Source of the DNA: Nymphaea colorata
Lineage: Eukaryota
Direction of reading: 5' to 3'
Assembly (NCBI RefSeq): GCF_008831285.2
Contig: NC_045138.2
Coordinates: 21,390,001 to 21,454,000, forward strand
Length of the DNA: 64,000 nucleotides
Part shown: positions 11,991 through 24,300 of the stretch, piece after piece
Position numbering within the stretch: the stretch's first letter is position 1
Layout of the letters: every line of letters begins with the position of its first letter
Position numbers and translations under genes: made by a program
The notes under the pieces: model-generated
The model's database searches: none
Told to the model about the DNA's origin: nothing
The model's input: the letters and a program-made list of their open reading frames with translations, nothing else

Positions 11991-14345
11991 TACCTATGTT
12001 GTAGAATCTTATATCTTGCACGCCTTAAGCAAACCTACCTAGCCTGATCTGTAGAATAATACAAGCGAAATTTCATCTTCGAGTCATATGATCCCGCATA
12101 TTGTTAATATCCACTTTTGCATCTGATGCTCATCTTGATTTTCCCTTATTTGAGCATCATCAAACCACATTTGATGCTGCCAATATCACTTTCCCTTTTA
12201 ATCTCAGATTTGGATATGAGACATTGCTTTCATCTCAACAAGTAATAGTCATTAATCCCAATTACTCAATAAGTTAAAAAAAAAACATGGAATACAAATC
12301 AAACACCCAATAAATCAGTTTTATGAAAACAAAACAGTGCAGTAAATAAAAATAATCATAAATAACCTAAACAAACTAAACTCTAATGGATCATGACAAA
12401 ACATCTAATAAATTGTGAATTAAACTACTTGAAGGCAGGCTGATACAAACCAAAAAACCATCACTTAAGAAAAAAAAACTTAAATTGCAATATGGAGAAA
12501 TCTAAAGATAAATCTTACAAAATGCTATGCATCTTAGCAGAAATTAAAAAGAAGAAGAGATATCTAACATGACTGTACAATCCAGCGAATTTTACCTCAC
12601 ATAATAACAGTAAGAAGGTAAAAGACGACAAATAATATTTTAATTATTAGCTGAATAAATTCATATTAAGTGTAGTACAACGTATCTATCACTGCAAGAT
12701 TTATGGTATTCAGTGTAGTACCATTGCGGATTCGCACCTCAGCTTCGTCGATGCTATTTTTTCCTCTGCAAAATATCCTGCTAGTGTTGATTTTATCCAT
12801 CGTTGTTGTAAGCATTATTTTTCATCTGTTATGGCATCACCATCATCCAATTTTTCTTTTAAAGCATAGCTCCGTTCAATTGTGTGTATATCTATATATT
12901 TTAGTTACCATATGTAGATCTCGGACATGCATCTCTTCGGCACGTGCTATCTGCTGCTTCTTCTGGCTTAATTGCCATATATGCGTTACAGATGTAAATG
13001 TTAAACTTCAGTTAACAACTCAAGAAAATATTGATTGAGTTGCCGGTTTTCTTCTTTATTTTTTAGGCTTTTTCTTTTTGACATGACATGGGAGCGCCAT
13101 TAGCCTGGCTTACAGACTGGTTGCGATGAGTTTGAGCCGCTTTTCTTCACAGAGTTCTGTTTTTTTTTTCTTTCTCTTTCTCCTTATCCATCATCATATT
13201 CTGCAGTTCTATTGATGCGTGTGTGCTTGCGTCACAATTTGTAATGTTAAAGCAACTCTCCAAAGCGAAAACGTTGGCTGATTATAATCACCTTTTCCAA
13301 AAGTTACTTTGCCGTGAGACACTCATATATGAACTGTTGATATTTATTGAGCAACTTATGATTTTCCTGGTGCATAAATTGCAACGTTGTATATTGCAAA
13401 TTCTTGCTCATAAGCGTTTGATATCTCACAGCTACCTCCATTTTTAATTTTACTCTTTTTGACAAAACATACCACATTGGAAAGAAATTTAGGATTGCAC
13501 ATGTAGTATATGCTTTTCTGATATATAGATACAAGGGAGGGGGCGGGGGCATCAAATTTTTAGAGTTATTAGACTTTTCAGCTTATAATAAAATATTCAA
13601 TTGGAATTTGGATCCACACATAACCAATGCATATGTATCTTCTCCAAGGGAAAAATGTATCTGGTTTTTCTTTCTTGGTTGTTTGTATGCTGTCTTTTGC
13701 AGATCTAAGGTAGATTTAATCAACTAATATACATTGGGTATTTCCCAAAATGTAACAAATCCAATCTTCCTTCTTTTGGGTATATGCAACAAAATGGTCC
13801 TCAATAGTTGAGAGCACAAGGCAGATGAGGGCTATGGTTCTGCACTTGTTGCCTGCAACATTGTCACTAATCACTCTCCATTAGGTAAGGCTTATTATAT
13901 TTCCGATGTGTACTAACTTTTGAAGTTATCACAGAGAAGTCGCTTGTCGAGTTTCTCATGATTTAAGCCTGTGGGTGAAGGCAACAGAAAGAAGTCTAGA
14001 TTGGTGTTTAGTTCCATTGTTATATTTAGAAACTTGCTTCCCTTTTGAGAAGTCAATCGTCTTTCCCACCCCACCCTACTCTGTCCAAGAGGAAACTACA
14101 CTCTAGATGCATCTATCTCTCTTTAATTTAGCTAGAGCACTCAGCCCAGTAGACTAGGAAAGCCTGGTCCTTGGTTGATCCCACTCAAGTGCATTCAAAA
14201 GTTACTGGTGCTATGATATTTTTCTCACTTAGACTATTTCACAATGAAGCAAAGCAATCCCTGCTCATTAGGCTTGGCAACCAATCTGTCCCCTGCTTCT
14301 CCATTGACTATTTGAGAAGTTATGTTTGCAATAGGTATACAAAGA

Positions 14346-14404
<59 letters not shown>
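14346..14404. repeat. Compound (GC)n(GA)n microsatellite
   Basis: Seen directly. Confidence 0.95.
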
Positions 14405-14407
<3 letters not shown>

Positions 14408-15429
14408 CTGAACAGTGAACAGGTGATCCGATTGGGATCCATTTGGCATCAGATATGTGTTACATATATGTGTTGATTTTTTCTGTGCTACTGTAACCCC
14501 ACAAGAGGATCTGTAATGTTAAAACAAGACGTTTTCTGTTACTGGGTCTTCCTATCTTTGCAATTGGTGTTGAGCTTAGTACATTTGATAAAGCATCTGT
14601 AAGTGCCTGAATTTCCTTCAACAGCCTTTGCTTATGTTAGCACACATTTCGAACCGTAGATGTCATTGTCCTATTTGAACAGCAAGTCATATAATGAGTC
14701 ACTTTCACATGGTTTGCCTTCAAATTTTTATGTTTTGAAGTATAGACATGATTATAGGAACTTATAGTGCAAAGCATCATAGACATGAGGATGTATGATT
14801 CTATGATTCAATGAATACACGGATCACATGATCTGGTGAGTTTATTGTTCATGTATGTACCCATTTTTTAAATGCTTTTCTTTTGACTACGAAGATAATG
14901 AAGTACAAAGACTTGTGATGGTAGAAAAACTCTTGGATGACAATGATGAATATTCACTATAAAAATTTACAGTTAGAAACATCAAGCCTTAAATATATAG
15001 TGCACCAATTGTGGAGGATCAAGAAACATGAAAATTCATAGTGGTTGTTTCAGGCCCATCAAATGCATCGCCTGGTCTGAGAAATGGAAGATTGCTGGCA
15101 GCTTGCTCGTTTCTACCCACTGAAAACATGGTATATATGACCTTGAAGGTAGAATTATCGAACACAATTCACATATGAATTAGATTTCCCGAGATTCCAG
15201 TCGAGCTATTGATAGAATCCATTTTTATGGAGATTGCAAATATGCTTGGGCTAACGTATTTGGGAACTGATCAATGCACAAGAGAGCTCTCCAGGTTGGT
15301 GTTTGCTGGAGTTCAACTAGAGGCATGTTTAGATTCTGTTGATCAATATGAATCCTGGGTTTGCTTTTGTCATGAATGTGGCTCGACGAGTCATTTTACT
15401 GTGGATTGTATATTGTAAATGCTCGTCAC

Positions 15430-16500
15430 TTTTTATATACTGCACCTTGGCATTCACAAACTGCACTCAAGTTTATAGTGACTGAAAAAGTATTTTGACT
15501 ACACTTGGATTTCATGAATCAAAGGTTGATTCTTCATTGTTCATTATTAATAATGACTTATGAAATTTTTATCTTGGTATACGTTGATGACATACTTGTG
15601 AAGGAAGCTCATCCAGAGAAATTGTTCGCATCGACAACAAGATTGAGAACGATTTCTCGATTAAACTGCTTGTTCAAGTTAATGACTTCTTGGGAATCAA
15701 AATTTTTCTTGAAAAGAATAAGCTATTGCCAAAGAACATACGTTTTTGACATTTTGTTTAGTGCTGCTATGTATAAGTCGAAAACCATTTCTACCTCTGC
15801 CCCGTGGTCAACACGACTCGGTTTAGAGTTGGAAAACAGAAATTCAATAATCCTCATAAATATAGAAGTGTTGCCAGTGCATTGCAATATGCCGCTTTCA
15901 CCCGGCCAACCACTGCTAACAAAGTGTCAGTTTATGCATGATGATCTATATGAAGAACATTGGCAAAAGGATTCTCAGGTATGTCAAGGGGATATTAAGC
16001 TATGGTCTTGAAATTCACAAGGAAGATCATTTTACTCTTTATATATTATTTAATGCTGATTGAGCCGGATGCCTAAATGATAGATGGCCTATAGGGGTTC
16101 TTGACCTATTTGAGAACTAATTTGTTATCTTGGAAATCCAGCAAGAAACATATTATAGCCAAATCTAACATTGAAGATCAGTACAAGGCTATCGCAGGTG
16201 GTGTGTCTGAAGCATTTCGGGTTCAGCAGGTCCTGACCGAACTTGGTATGAAGATGAATGGTGTTCCAACATCATTCCGGTAATCCAGGGGCAAACAACA
16301 AACCAAACACATTGAAATACACTATCGTCAGAGAACAGGTTACAGCCGCAGGGGAAAGATCAATATCAAGTTCATTGGATCTGATAAGTTGCTGATGATC
16401 TTACTAAGCCATTTGGAGGGATAAAATTTTCTGTTCAGAGACAAGCTGAATGATCTTGCAGAGGGGAATGTTGAAGAGGCAGTTGGAAAGTTGTTAATCA
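15430..16500 (+). mobile_element. Degenerate Ty1/Copia LTR retrotransposon 3' part (RT, RNase H, PPT, start of 3' LTR)
   Basis: Frameshifted fragments read LGFHESKVDSSLFI, ILVYVDDILV (Copia YVDD), LLSWKSSKKHIIAKSNIEDQYKAIA, TKHIEIHY and ADDLTKP. The purine tract GAGGGGAA (16461-16468) is followed by TGTTG at 16469. Confidence 0.88.
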
Positions 16501-16820
16501 AGATCGCTCCAAATGTGTTGGCGATAAGTAAGTGCTCGGGTCAGTGGTTGAAGCCCCTAGCCATAAAAGGAAGATGATTGCTAATAATGAAGATAAGGAA
16601 AAGAATGCTGACCTTATCTTTCTAATTAGTAGACAATCAAATGAATATGTAAACAAAACCCTCAAAAATGAATGAGGATCTACAACTTGCAACCAAACGT
16701 AATACTTATATGGCAACGAACACAACTCTCGGTGAATTTGAGAGAGTTGTTTTTTATCTTTAACGTTAATTGTGTGTCTCATTGTGGTGTATGTCACGTT
16801 GTTGCTTCTTCTCTGTTCTC

Positions 16821-18214
16821 ATGGACAATTCAAACACGATCAGACCCACAGAGCTAGTGCCCATGCAACAGCTAGCGCTTCCTCTGATACAACAGCTCGC
16901 GCAGCCGCTGGTGCAGCAACAACTACGGCCGCTGGTGCAGCCGCAAACCATTGGGTTTTACGTTTATCAGGAGCCATCTCTGGGGTGGGTGGTCGTGCCC
17001 GTTGGTCCTGGAATCGGCATGCCTGCGCCTGCGTGCATGCTACAGGGAATGATGCAAGCCCCAACCGCATTGCCGTCGGCGGGCACCAGATATGGAGAAA
17101 GGTCGTTGCAGTACCCAAAAACGGAGCAGGAAGTGGTGGAATCAAAGGGAACAGGGTCCGAGCAGCAGCAGGAGAGCTCCGACGCTGGATCCCAAGAAGA
17201 GGATGTGGAGCGCACGCTCTTTGTCACCTTCTCTAGGGGCTTTCCCGTCGAGCCTACAGTGCTTCAGGGTTATTTCACGAGGTTCTCTTCTCTCCCCATC
17301 TCTCTAACGTTTTACGAAGGCGACTGTTTTATTTTTTTTATTATAATTAATTTAATAGTTCTGGGTGAATGGGACACCCACCACTCGATTGAACTGTGCT
17401 TCAATTTACACATTGGTTGTATTTCTTTTACAACATAAAAAGAAATTGGTTCAATTTACACATTGGTTGTATTTCTTTTACAACATAAAAAGAAATTGGA
17501 AAAGAAGACTGCCCGCTTATTTGCCCCTGTGTCAATCCCCTGTAGTTGAAGCCTAATTTCAGTGTATTATGAAACTTTGAGAGTTATAATAATAATTTGC
17601 ATGTCTTAATTTTCTAATTCAGAAAGTAAACTTAATTTTGTTTTGGTAAGACAGTAACTTGAAAAAGTCGCCCTTTTGATACTATAAGCAAAAGCTAGGC
17701 CTTAAATAATGATCTTGTATCTCGATGGTGCATGGTGTTCAACTGGAGCAAAATCTGAAGATATCTAAATGTTTGTAATAAATAGCACGACACATTATAT
17801 TTACTAAGAAAAGTGCTTTTCATAGTTCTTCTTTTTCCATTTCAAATGGAGAGACTTGTTGGAAAACATCTAGTGAAAAGGGAGCGTTTGCGGTGAACAG
17901 GTGCAGATGAGAATTAATGCTGTTTTTCTTCTCTTCTGAACCACGTATGCAGTGAATATGGGGATATAGTAGACGCGGTGATTCTACAGAGGGTAAAAGC
18001 CGCAGGGGAGGATCCCCTCTACGCAAGAGTCCTGTTGAAGTCTGCAGTCTTTGTGAACTTGGTCCTCCAAGGCCATGAGAAGCTCAGGCTGAAGCTGGAC
18101 GGCCGTGATGCCTGGATGCGTCCTTATGCAAGGAGAATCTCGACCTGCAAGAACAGTCGCCGGCAGCAGCACCGTCATCTCCATCTGGGTAGAAGGGGCC
18201 GCTGCCATCCCTGA
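16821..18214 (+). CDS. Two-exon plant-specific protein with a C-terminal RRM-like domain ('RTLFxTFSxGxP...PLYARxxxxS' uncharacterised family) and a Gln/Pro-rich N-terminus, about 240 aa
   Basis: Exons are 16821-17281 and 17953-18214 (AG|GT donor, ATGCAG| acceptor, phase consistent). The spliced protein reads ...ERTLFVTFSRGFPVEPTVLQGYFTSEYGDIVDAVILQRVKAAGEDPLYARVLLKSAVFVNLVLQGHEKLRLKLDGRDAWMRPYARR, matching a plant family motif I recognise. The start codon is uncertain. Confidence 0.75.
17400..17499. repeat. Intronic tandem duplication, 2 x ~50 bp
   Basis: ttcaatttacacattggttgtatttctttt...caacataaaaagaaattgg occurs twice. Confidence 0.9.
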
Positions 18215-21200
18215 AGAGAGAGAGAGAGAGAGGGAAAGAAACTTGTTCACTTTCTTTCCTGTTCACTTCAATGTTTTCATAATGGTTGTTATTATTCAAA
18301 TGTGTGTAGCCATATATTTTGTTTTTGGGGTTCATTCCATAACTCTTTAAGAGAAGCCACTGTTCTTCTAGTTCCCACTATACATAGGACTCATGGAGCT
18401 TGTTGCACTGATACTTACAGCAACTATTCTATGATTTAAACACAAGTCCTTATTGAAACAGACTGCCTTGCCGCCTAGTGGGCTACAACCCACTTTGCCT
18501 ATTATGAATGATAATGAAAAGTTGTTAGTTGTATTAAATTTGATTTTTTTTTTCTGCTTATGCCCGAATACTTTGTGTGATGACCACCTCCTTTTCCTTT
18601 GCCTAATATTATTACGACAGCTGATATTTTTTGTTTTTAAGGTGAACTATTATAGATGGACGCCTATTAAAAATACAATTAAATATATATATATAAATAT
18701 ATATAATGCTGTTAAGGATGGATCTGAAAAGACAGGAAGAGCTCATGCTTGCATGTGTTTTAATACTTTAATCCATTCTGTGGGCTGAAAAAGGTAAAAT
18801 AAAAGATGAGGGGAATGCTTTCACTTGGTCCAATAGGAGAAGATCTCCCACTCTAGTGGAAAGAAAAATTAACTGCTGCTTTGCAAATAAGATCTAGTTT
18901 GTTAGGTTTTCTAGACACTGGTCTGCTGTGCTTTAGGGCCAGCTCTGAGCATGTGGCCCTGATTGCTCCGCATGTTGTTGCTTGGAACAGGAGTGTTTGG
19001 ACCCGTCAGCCTCTGTGCAGGCAGATTGTCCAACAGTCTTTTGATATTCCCTGCCTGGGTCGCCCTATGGTGAAACTGATTGCAAAGCTAGATCTGGTTA
19101 GATCTATCTCAGTCGCTATAATAGATTGTTGAAGGACGTATAGACCTGCAAGTCGTTCAGCTTCAAAAAGACTGAGGAAATTCCGGATGCGGTTGGTATT
19201 GACCTTGAGATCAGAGATGATAGAGAGATTCAGGTTCTCAAGGAATTATGTTCAGCTCTAAAAAGAAAAGAAATAGTGTGGAAGCAAAAAGGAAGGAGAC
19301 AGCAACAAACACAAATTGAAGCCTAGCAGGGACATCACCCAAGGACGTGAAAGCATGCTTAATACTTTAAAGCTTAATACTTTAAAGAGATAAGTGGAAA
19401 AGGTGAAGGCTTCAACCCTTTTGTTAGACCGCCAACAACATTTTTTTTTTCATGAATACATTAAGAGCAGAACTAGAAAAAAGCAAATCAACAAAATTGT
19501 CTGATGAGGGTGAATTTGAAGAGCTGAGTTATGTTTTTGATGCCTGCCGCGGATACTTCAAAAATTTCTTTGTTAAAGATGAGTCTAGGGTAGCCATTCC
19601 TTTGATTGGCGAAAGGGTGACATTTTGAAAATGATTTTTTTTTTAATCGAGTCCCATGACTGCTGAAGATATGAAGATATTTATGATGTACATGTTGGCA
19701 ATAATAATTTTCTATATTAATATGTTCTTAAAGGGCATAGAATAGTTGGTTGGGTGGGGAGCATGTGAAAAAACATATTTTAGTTCGATTGTCATTAGTG
19801 TTGTGCCTACGAGTATCAACATTAGTTTGATTCTTGCAAGTGTTGTGCCTCTCCATTTGGAGATATTGAAATGTAAACTACTGTCATCACAAATGTCAGC
19901 ATAACCCAGAACCCCAGAAGCAAAAGGAATTGAGGGGGAAGGGGCTTTCGGGTATCTTTTTGGAATGGTCTGTCGTTGACCCCACTCACCCGGATATTAC
20001 CATGTTCCTAAGCAGTGCCTAAGCATACGCTAAACTGAAATACCACTTGGTAATAACTATGATAAAAGCGAAGAATTTGGTGGACGTACAATACAAGGAG
20101 CGCAGTCTGTCATATTATGAATTTACTCCGAGGAAATTTGACAACTAAAATTGAATCCAACATACTATGTGGCCTCATGCCATTGACCTTCCATCTTTGA
20201 AAATACATTAGTTACAGAAACAGCAATAGTATCTCAAGTAGTCATCTCATTTTCAAGAAAATAAGAGCAAGAGAAAATCTAGTGATACGCTAGAATCCTT
20301 TGTTTTTTCTCCAGAACATAACAAGTCAACTTCAGCAAATAATGCACATGGAATATATAGACAGCCAAGAGAATATGATGTGTGTGAGCAAAGTTTTGCA
20401 TAAAGAGCGATGCTACAACAGGGGTGCCTTTTACAAAACAAGTTTTCTGTCAGCATTACAACAACCCTATATAAAAAAGCTAAGTGGCTAAATGTAACCA
20501 CCGAAAATAAGGTTCTGACAAATGGAGGCGAAGTGAAAATCTCTAGTAGGAATGAGACCAGCTTAGATTGGGGTCAGATGCAGCCATTACACTAACCAAC
20601 CAATAATACTTGTGTAGACAGATCCAATAGTGGACTGTATTTGGTCCACGAAAGTGAAACATATCTAATTACTTGCACATAAACAATTCTAATAATTCAT
20701 ACATATACAAATTTAGATATCCCCCAAAATTTCAATGTTAGCAGAATCCGATGGAGAAAATAGAATCAAACACACCCTAATTGCTCAATTTTATTACCTT
20801 CATTACTAAATCCAGAAGAATAATACTGGGTTCCAGTCAGAAAGGCAAAATCCAACTCGATGCCCCCAATTATTAGTGCTTTGAGGCAATCAATCAGATT
20901 ATTCTTTAACTGAAAAATGTATCCATTTAAGGCCATTAAACATTAAAGAAAAAGGAAAAAAAAAAGAAATAACAATTGATTCAATAATGCACATGACTCG
21001 AATTTTTTCATAACAAAGATTAACCATGTTTCTCATGATTTCTGTGGATTCAATAGAAGCAGAAAAATGTGGAATACATTGTGCGACCTAAGATTACAGC
21101 CGTCAAAGCAAAATCCTATCCCTATATAAAGACAAAAATAGGTCATTTTGCTTCAACTGAGCTCATATCCCTTGGGGGAAGGATTGGTGGAAAGAGAGAG

Positions 21201-21393
21201 ATTCACCGTTAGCAGTGAAGAATTCGTGTACCCCACCCTGGAGAAGTCTCACATACCAACATACATCTTCCAAAATCCAGGGATTTTTGAAGCTCAAAGG
21301 TTAGATATTCAAATACCAAATGGATGACATTTTTCTGCATGAAAGCTGACCACTTGTCTCCTTAACAATCACAAGCTGTTCGAATCTCGGCAC

Positions 21394-24300
21394 CTAGTCA
21401 CACTTGATGTTTCTGTAGATTCTCCTCACAAACAAAGTTGACCCAAGATAGCCAACAGCGCCTGTTTTAATCCTCAAAGGTTAGAGGTAACCCAAGTCTA
21501 ACAGAAAAATGGAAAGAAAAAAATTAGCAACTACTCACCACAAAGGATTCCTAAACCAAGACAGAACATGAGTGTATAGCCAAAGTAGAAGCTGGTCTGA
21601 AAGAATCCTGACATCTTAGTTTTCACATAATAGTAGTATATGGAGTAAAGGTAGACATAGACAGCTGTTGATGCTGCAGATAAGAAAGAAGTCCACTGCC
21701 AATGATAATTTTCAGCATTCAACAAGAAATATGTGCCAACAATTGTCACGCAGACTGTCACAATGATAAGGATCAGGAACACCAGCAACATGAAACCGTA
21801 TACGTAATACACCTGCATAGCAAGTAAAAGTTATGTACAAACAGAAAAAAAAAATCATATTAAGACTAGCATATCTAAGGGCAAGCTGTACCTTGTAATT
21901 CCAGAAGGACGTGAATACAAAGTACATCTCAATGAATATGCTTCCAAAGGGAAGCAGGCCACCCATAAGAGAAACAACAGAAGGTGTCAGATACCACTTC
22001 TTTTCAGGAATTGGACGAGGAATGGTCTTAACACGGCAAGGATTATTTGGGGTCCCACTCCAATTCCTCCCAACAACTGTACCCAGAAGTGCAAGAGGAA
22101 ATGAAATGAAAGCCCAGATGATAAACACAACTACCATTGTTCCAAAGGGGATAGCAGCCAAAGATCCATAAAATATAGCAATTGTATTGAGGATGAAGCC
22201 GATGCCAAAGCACATAAATGGAAAAAGAGAAGCTGTGAGGATCATTGACTTGATCCAGTTTTTCCCTGACAAGGTTTCAGGAGTAAAGAGGTCAGAAGAG
22301 GCACACATTAAATATAAACATGAGAACAGGGATTAATAAAGTATGCATGTATATACACACGCAAATACATTATTAAATTTTAAAGAAGAAAGTAAAAAGC
22401 ATATTTCAGTATATATCTCTATGTTAGTTTAAGAAATAAAAACTATGAATGAACATACCACCATTTCGAGAATAAAGTCCCCCACTGACATAGCCAGAAA
22501 TGAAAGAGGTCAATGCATAGCAGACAATGAATGTAGTGACAATAGCTCCTCTCCTGCATATTTAGGGCATATCAGGGACAACAATAAACAATTCCAAACA
22601 GGAAGAAAATACAATGGGGAAATATAGGACAACTACATATGGCAAGGAGATCATCACCTCAAATGAAATAAATGTCTTGATCTTTTATTTTTCTTTCACC
22701 TAATTTTCAGTTTAAAAGTTATTCTAAATTTCTAATTCTTGACCTCAATTTTTCAGTTTACAGGTTGAGATGTGGATAGTTGAGAGATGAATATCACAGA
22801 CTTGCATTCCCAAGGGTTAGAAAGTGCTTCCAAGAAGTGCAAAGGAAAAGAATAAAAGCAAGTAATCCAAGAGGAATGAACTCCAGTAACATGAGAGACA
22901 ATGTTAAAGTGGCAAAGCAAGCATCACAAATGGCAATCAAGATTTAAACTTAGCATACCCTATGTACAACATCCCAATAATGGCCAACACGATGACAAGA
23001 AGAACCAGCATTGCAAGCTGTGCACCGGTACCCACAAGTGCTGAAAGCAAAACCAAATTACGAGCAGGCCTGAAAACATCACCATGCACCAGCTTCCATC
23101 CAGATTCTTCGTTTACATCCCTTTCCTGTATTCCAACAAAACTGAATTAGGCAGCCTGCCACAATGAGGTGGTCAGGAGACCCTCAACAAGATTTTCTTA
23201 AAAGTAATACACTTGAGAAGAGGAATTTACACCTCTAAAACAAAAACAAAAAAAAACAGATGAAAAAGAGACAATTAAAGAGGAGTTGAGAGTTCACCAA
23301 AGTCTCCAGGTCATCATCTTCTCGAGCATACTTTGCGTAGTCATTTCTGAGAGTTCGCATTAATATCATGAAAACTAAACCAGTGAGGAAAATGACCATC
23401 ATGAATGAATTGAAGATGGAAAACCAATGAATCTGCATGACAAAACCAATTTTAGTGGAAGATAAATGTACCTACTGATGTAATGTCAGGTGGCACAAGA
23501 AATGGGTTGAAGGCAAGATAGCAAAAATAACAGAAATTCTCAAAGTTGGGAAAAATGGCAAAAGAAGAAAAGAAACAAATAATTGTCTTAGTACAAATCT
23601 TCCTTCATTCACCTGGTGCTCAAAGAAAGGATAATCCAGGTAAACATCAAAACGATGTGCAAACGTAACATTAGTTGAGACCCATTTGACCGAATAAGTA
23701 AGTTCCAATGTCTTTCCTGCTTCCAAAGACTTTGCACTTTCTTGTGTAAGATTTACATGAATAATCTGCAAAAACATGAATTTATCTCAACAAACAGGGA
23801 GCACAAGAAGAAACAAAGAAAATGGTGTTCGTACAAACCTGATCACCATTGTACTGAATCAAAATATTCTTATGTGTCCAAAGCATATGTCTATTGTCAT
23901 TGCTTCTATCAGAATGAAGCTCACCAACAAAACCTGACAAAGAAAATACCACAATTCACATATTTAGTGCAATCAACAGGACAACTCATACAGTAAAAAC
24001 GGAGGAATTATGAAAACCAATACATCATTCACAGAGAGAGATAACATACCCCATAAAGGCAAGTCATCTGCACCTCATCATCAGCGCATGCCAGAGGAGT
24101 CCAGAAATAAATAGAAAAAAGGTTAACAACATAAGCAAATAAAGGAATGAAGAATAAACTAACAGTAGCAACTTGCTTTATCGAGAAAAACTAAAGTATT
24201 GTCACAGGTACCATTGTCAGGTTTTCATTGGGTGTTAATCGGGAAGTTTGTTTATCTCAGAAAAAGCGAGAGTATTAAAAATTGAAAAAATTAAAAATAT

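Noticed and set aside
12700..14480. Several 70-111 aa ORFs
   Set aside because: AT-rich or SSR-derived, with no domain and no coding-like composition.
19260..19320. LINE ORF2 remnant (EIVWKQK / EGDSN)
   Set aside because: Only two very short motif matches in different frames, which is not enough to call.
21911..22171. Conserved plus-strand 86-aa ORF (also 30960-31220)
   Set aside because: It is antisense to conserved TMN1 exon 10, so the conservation is explained by the sense gene.
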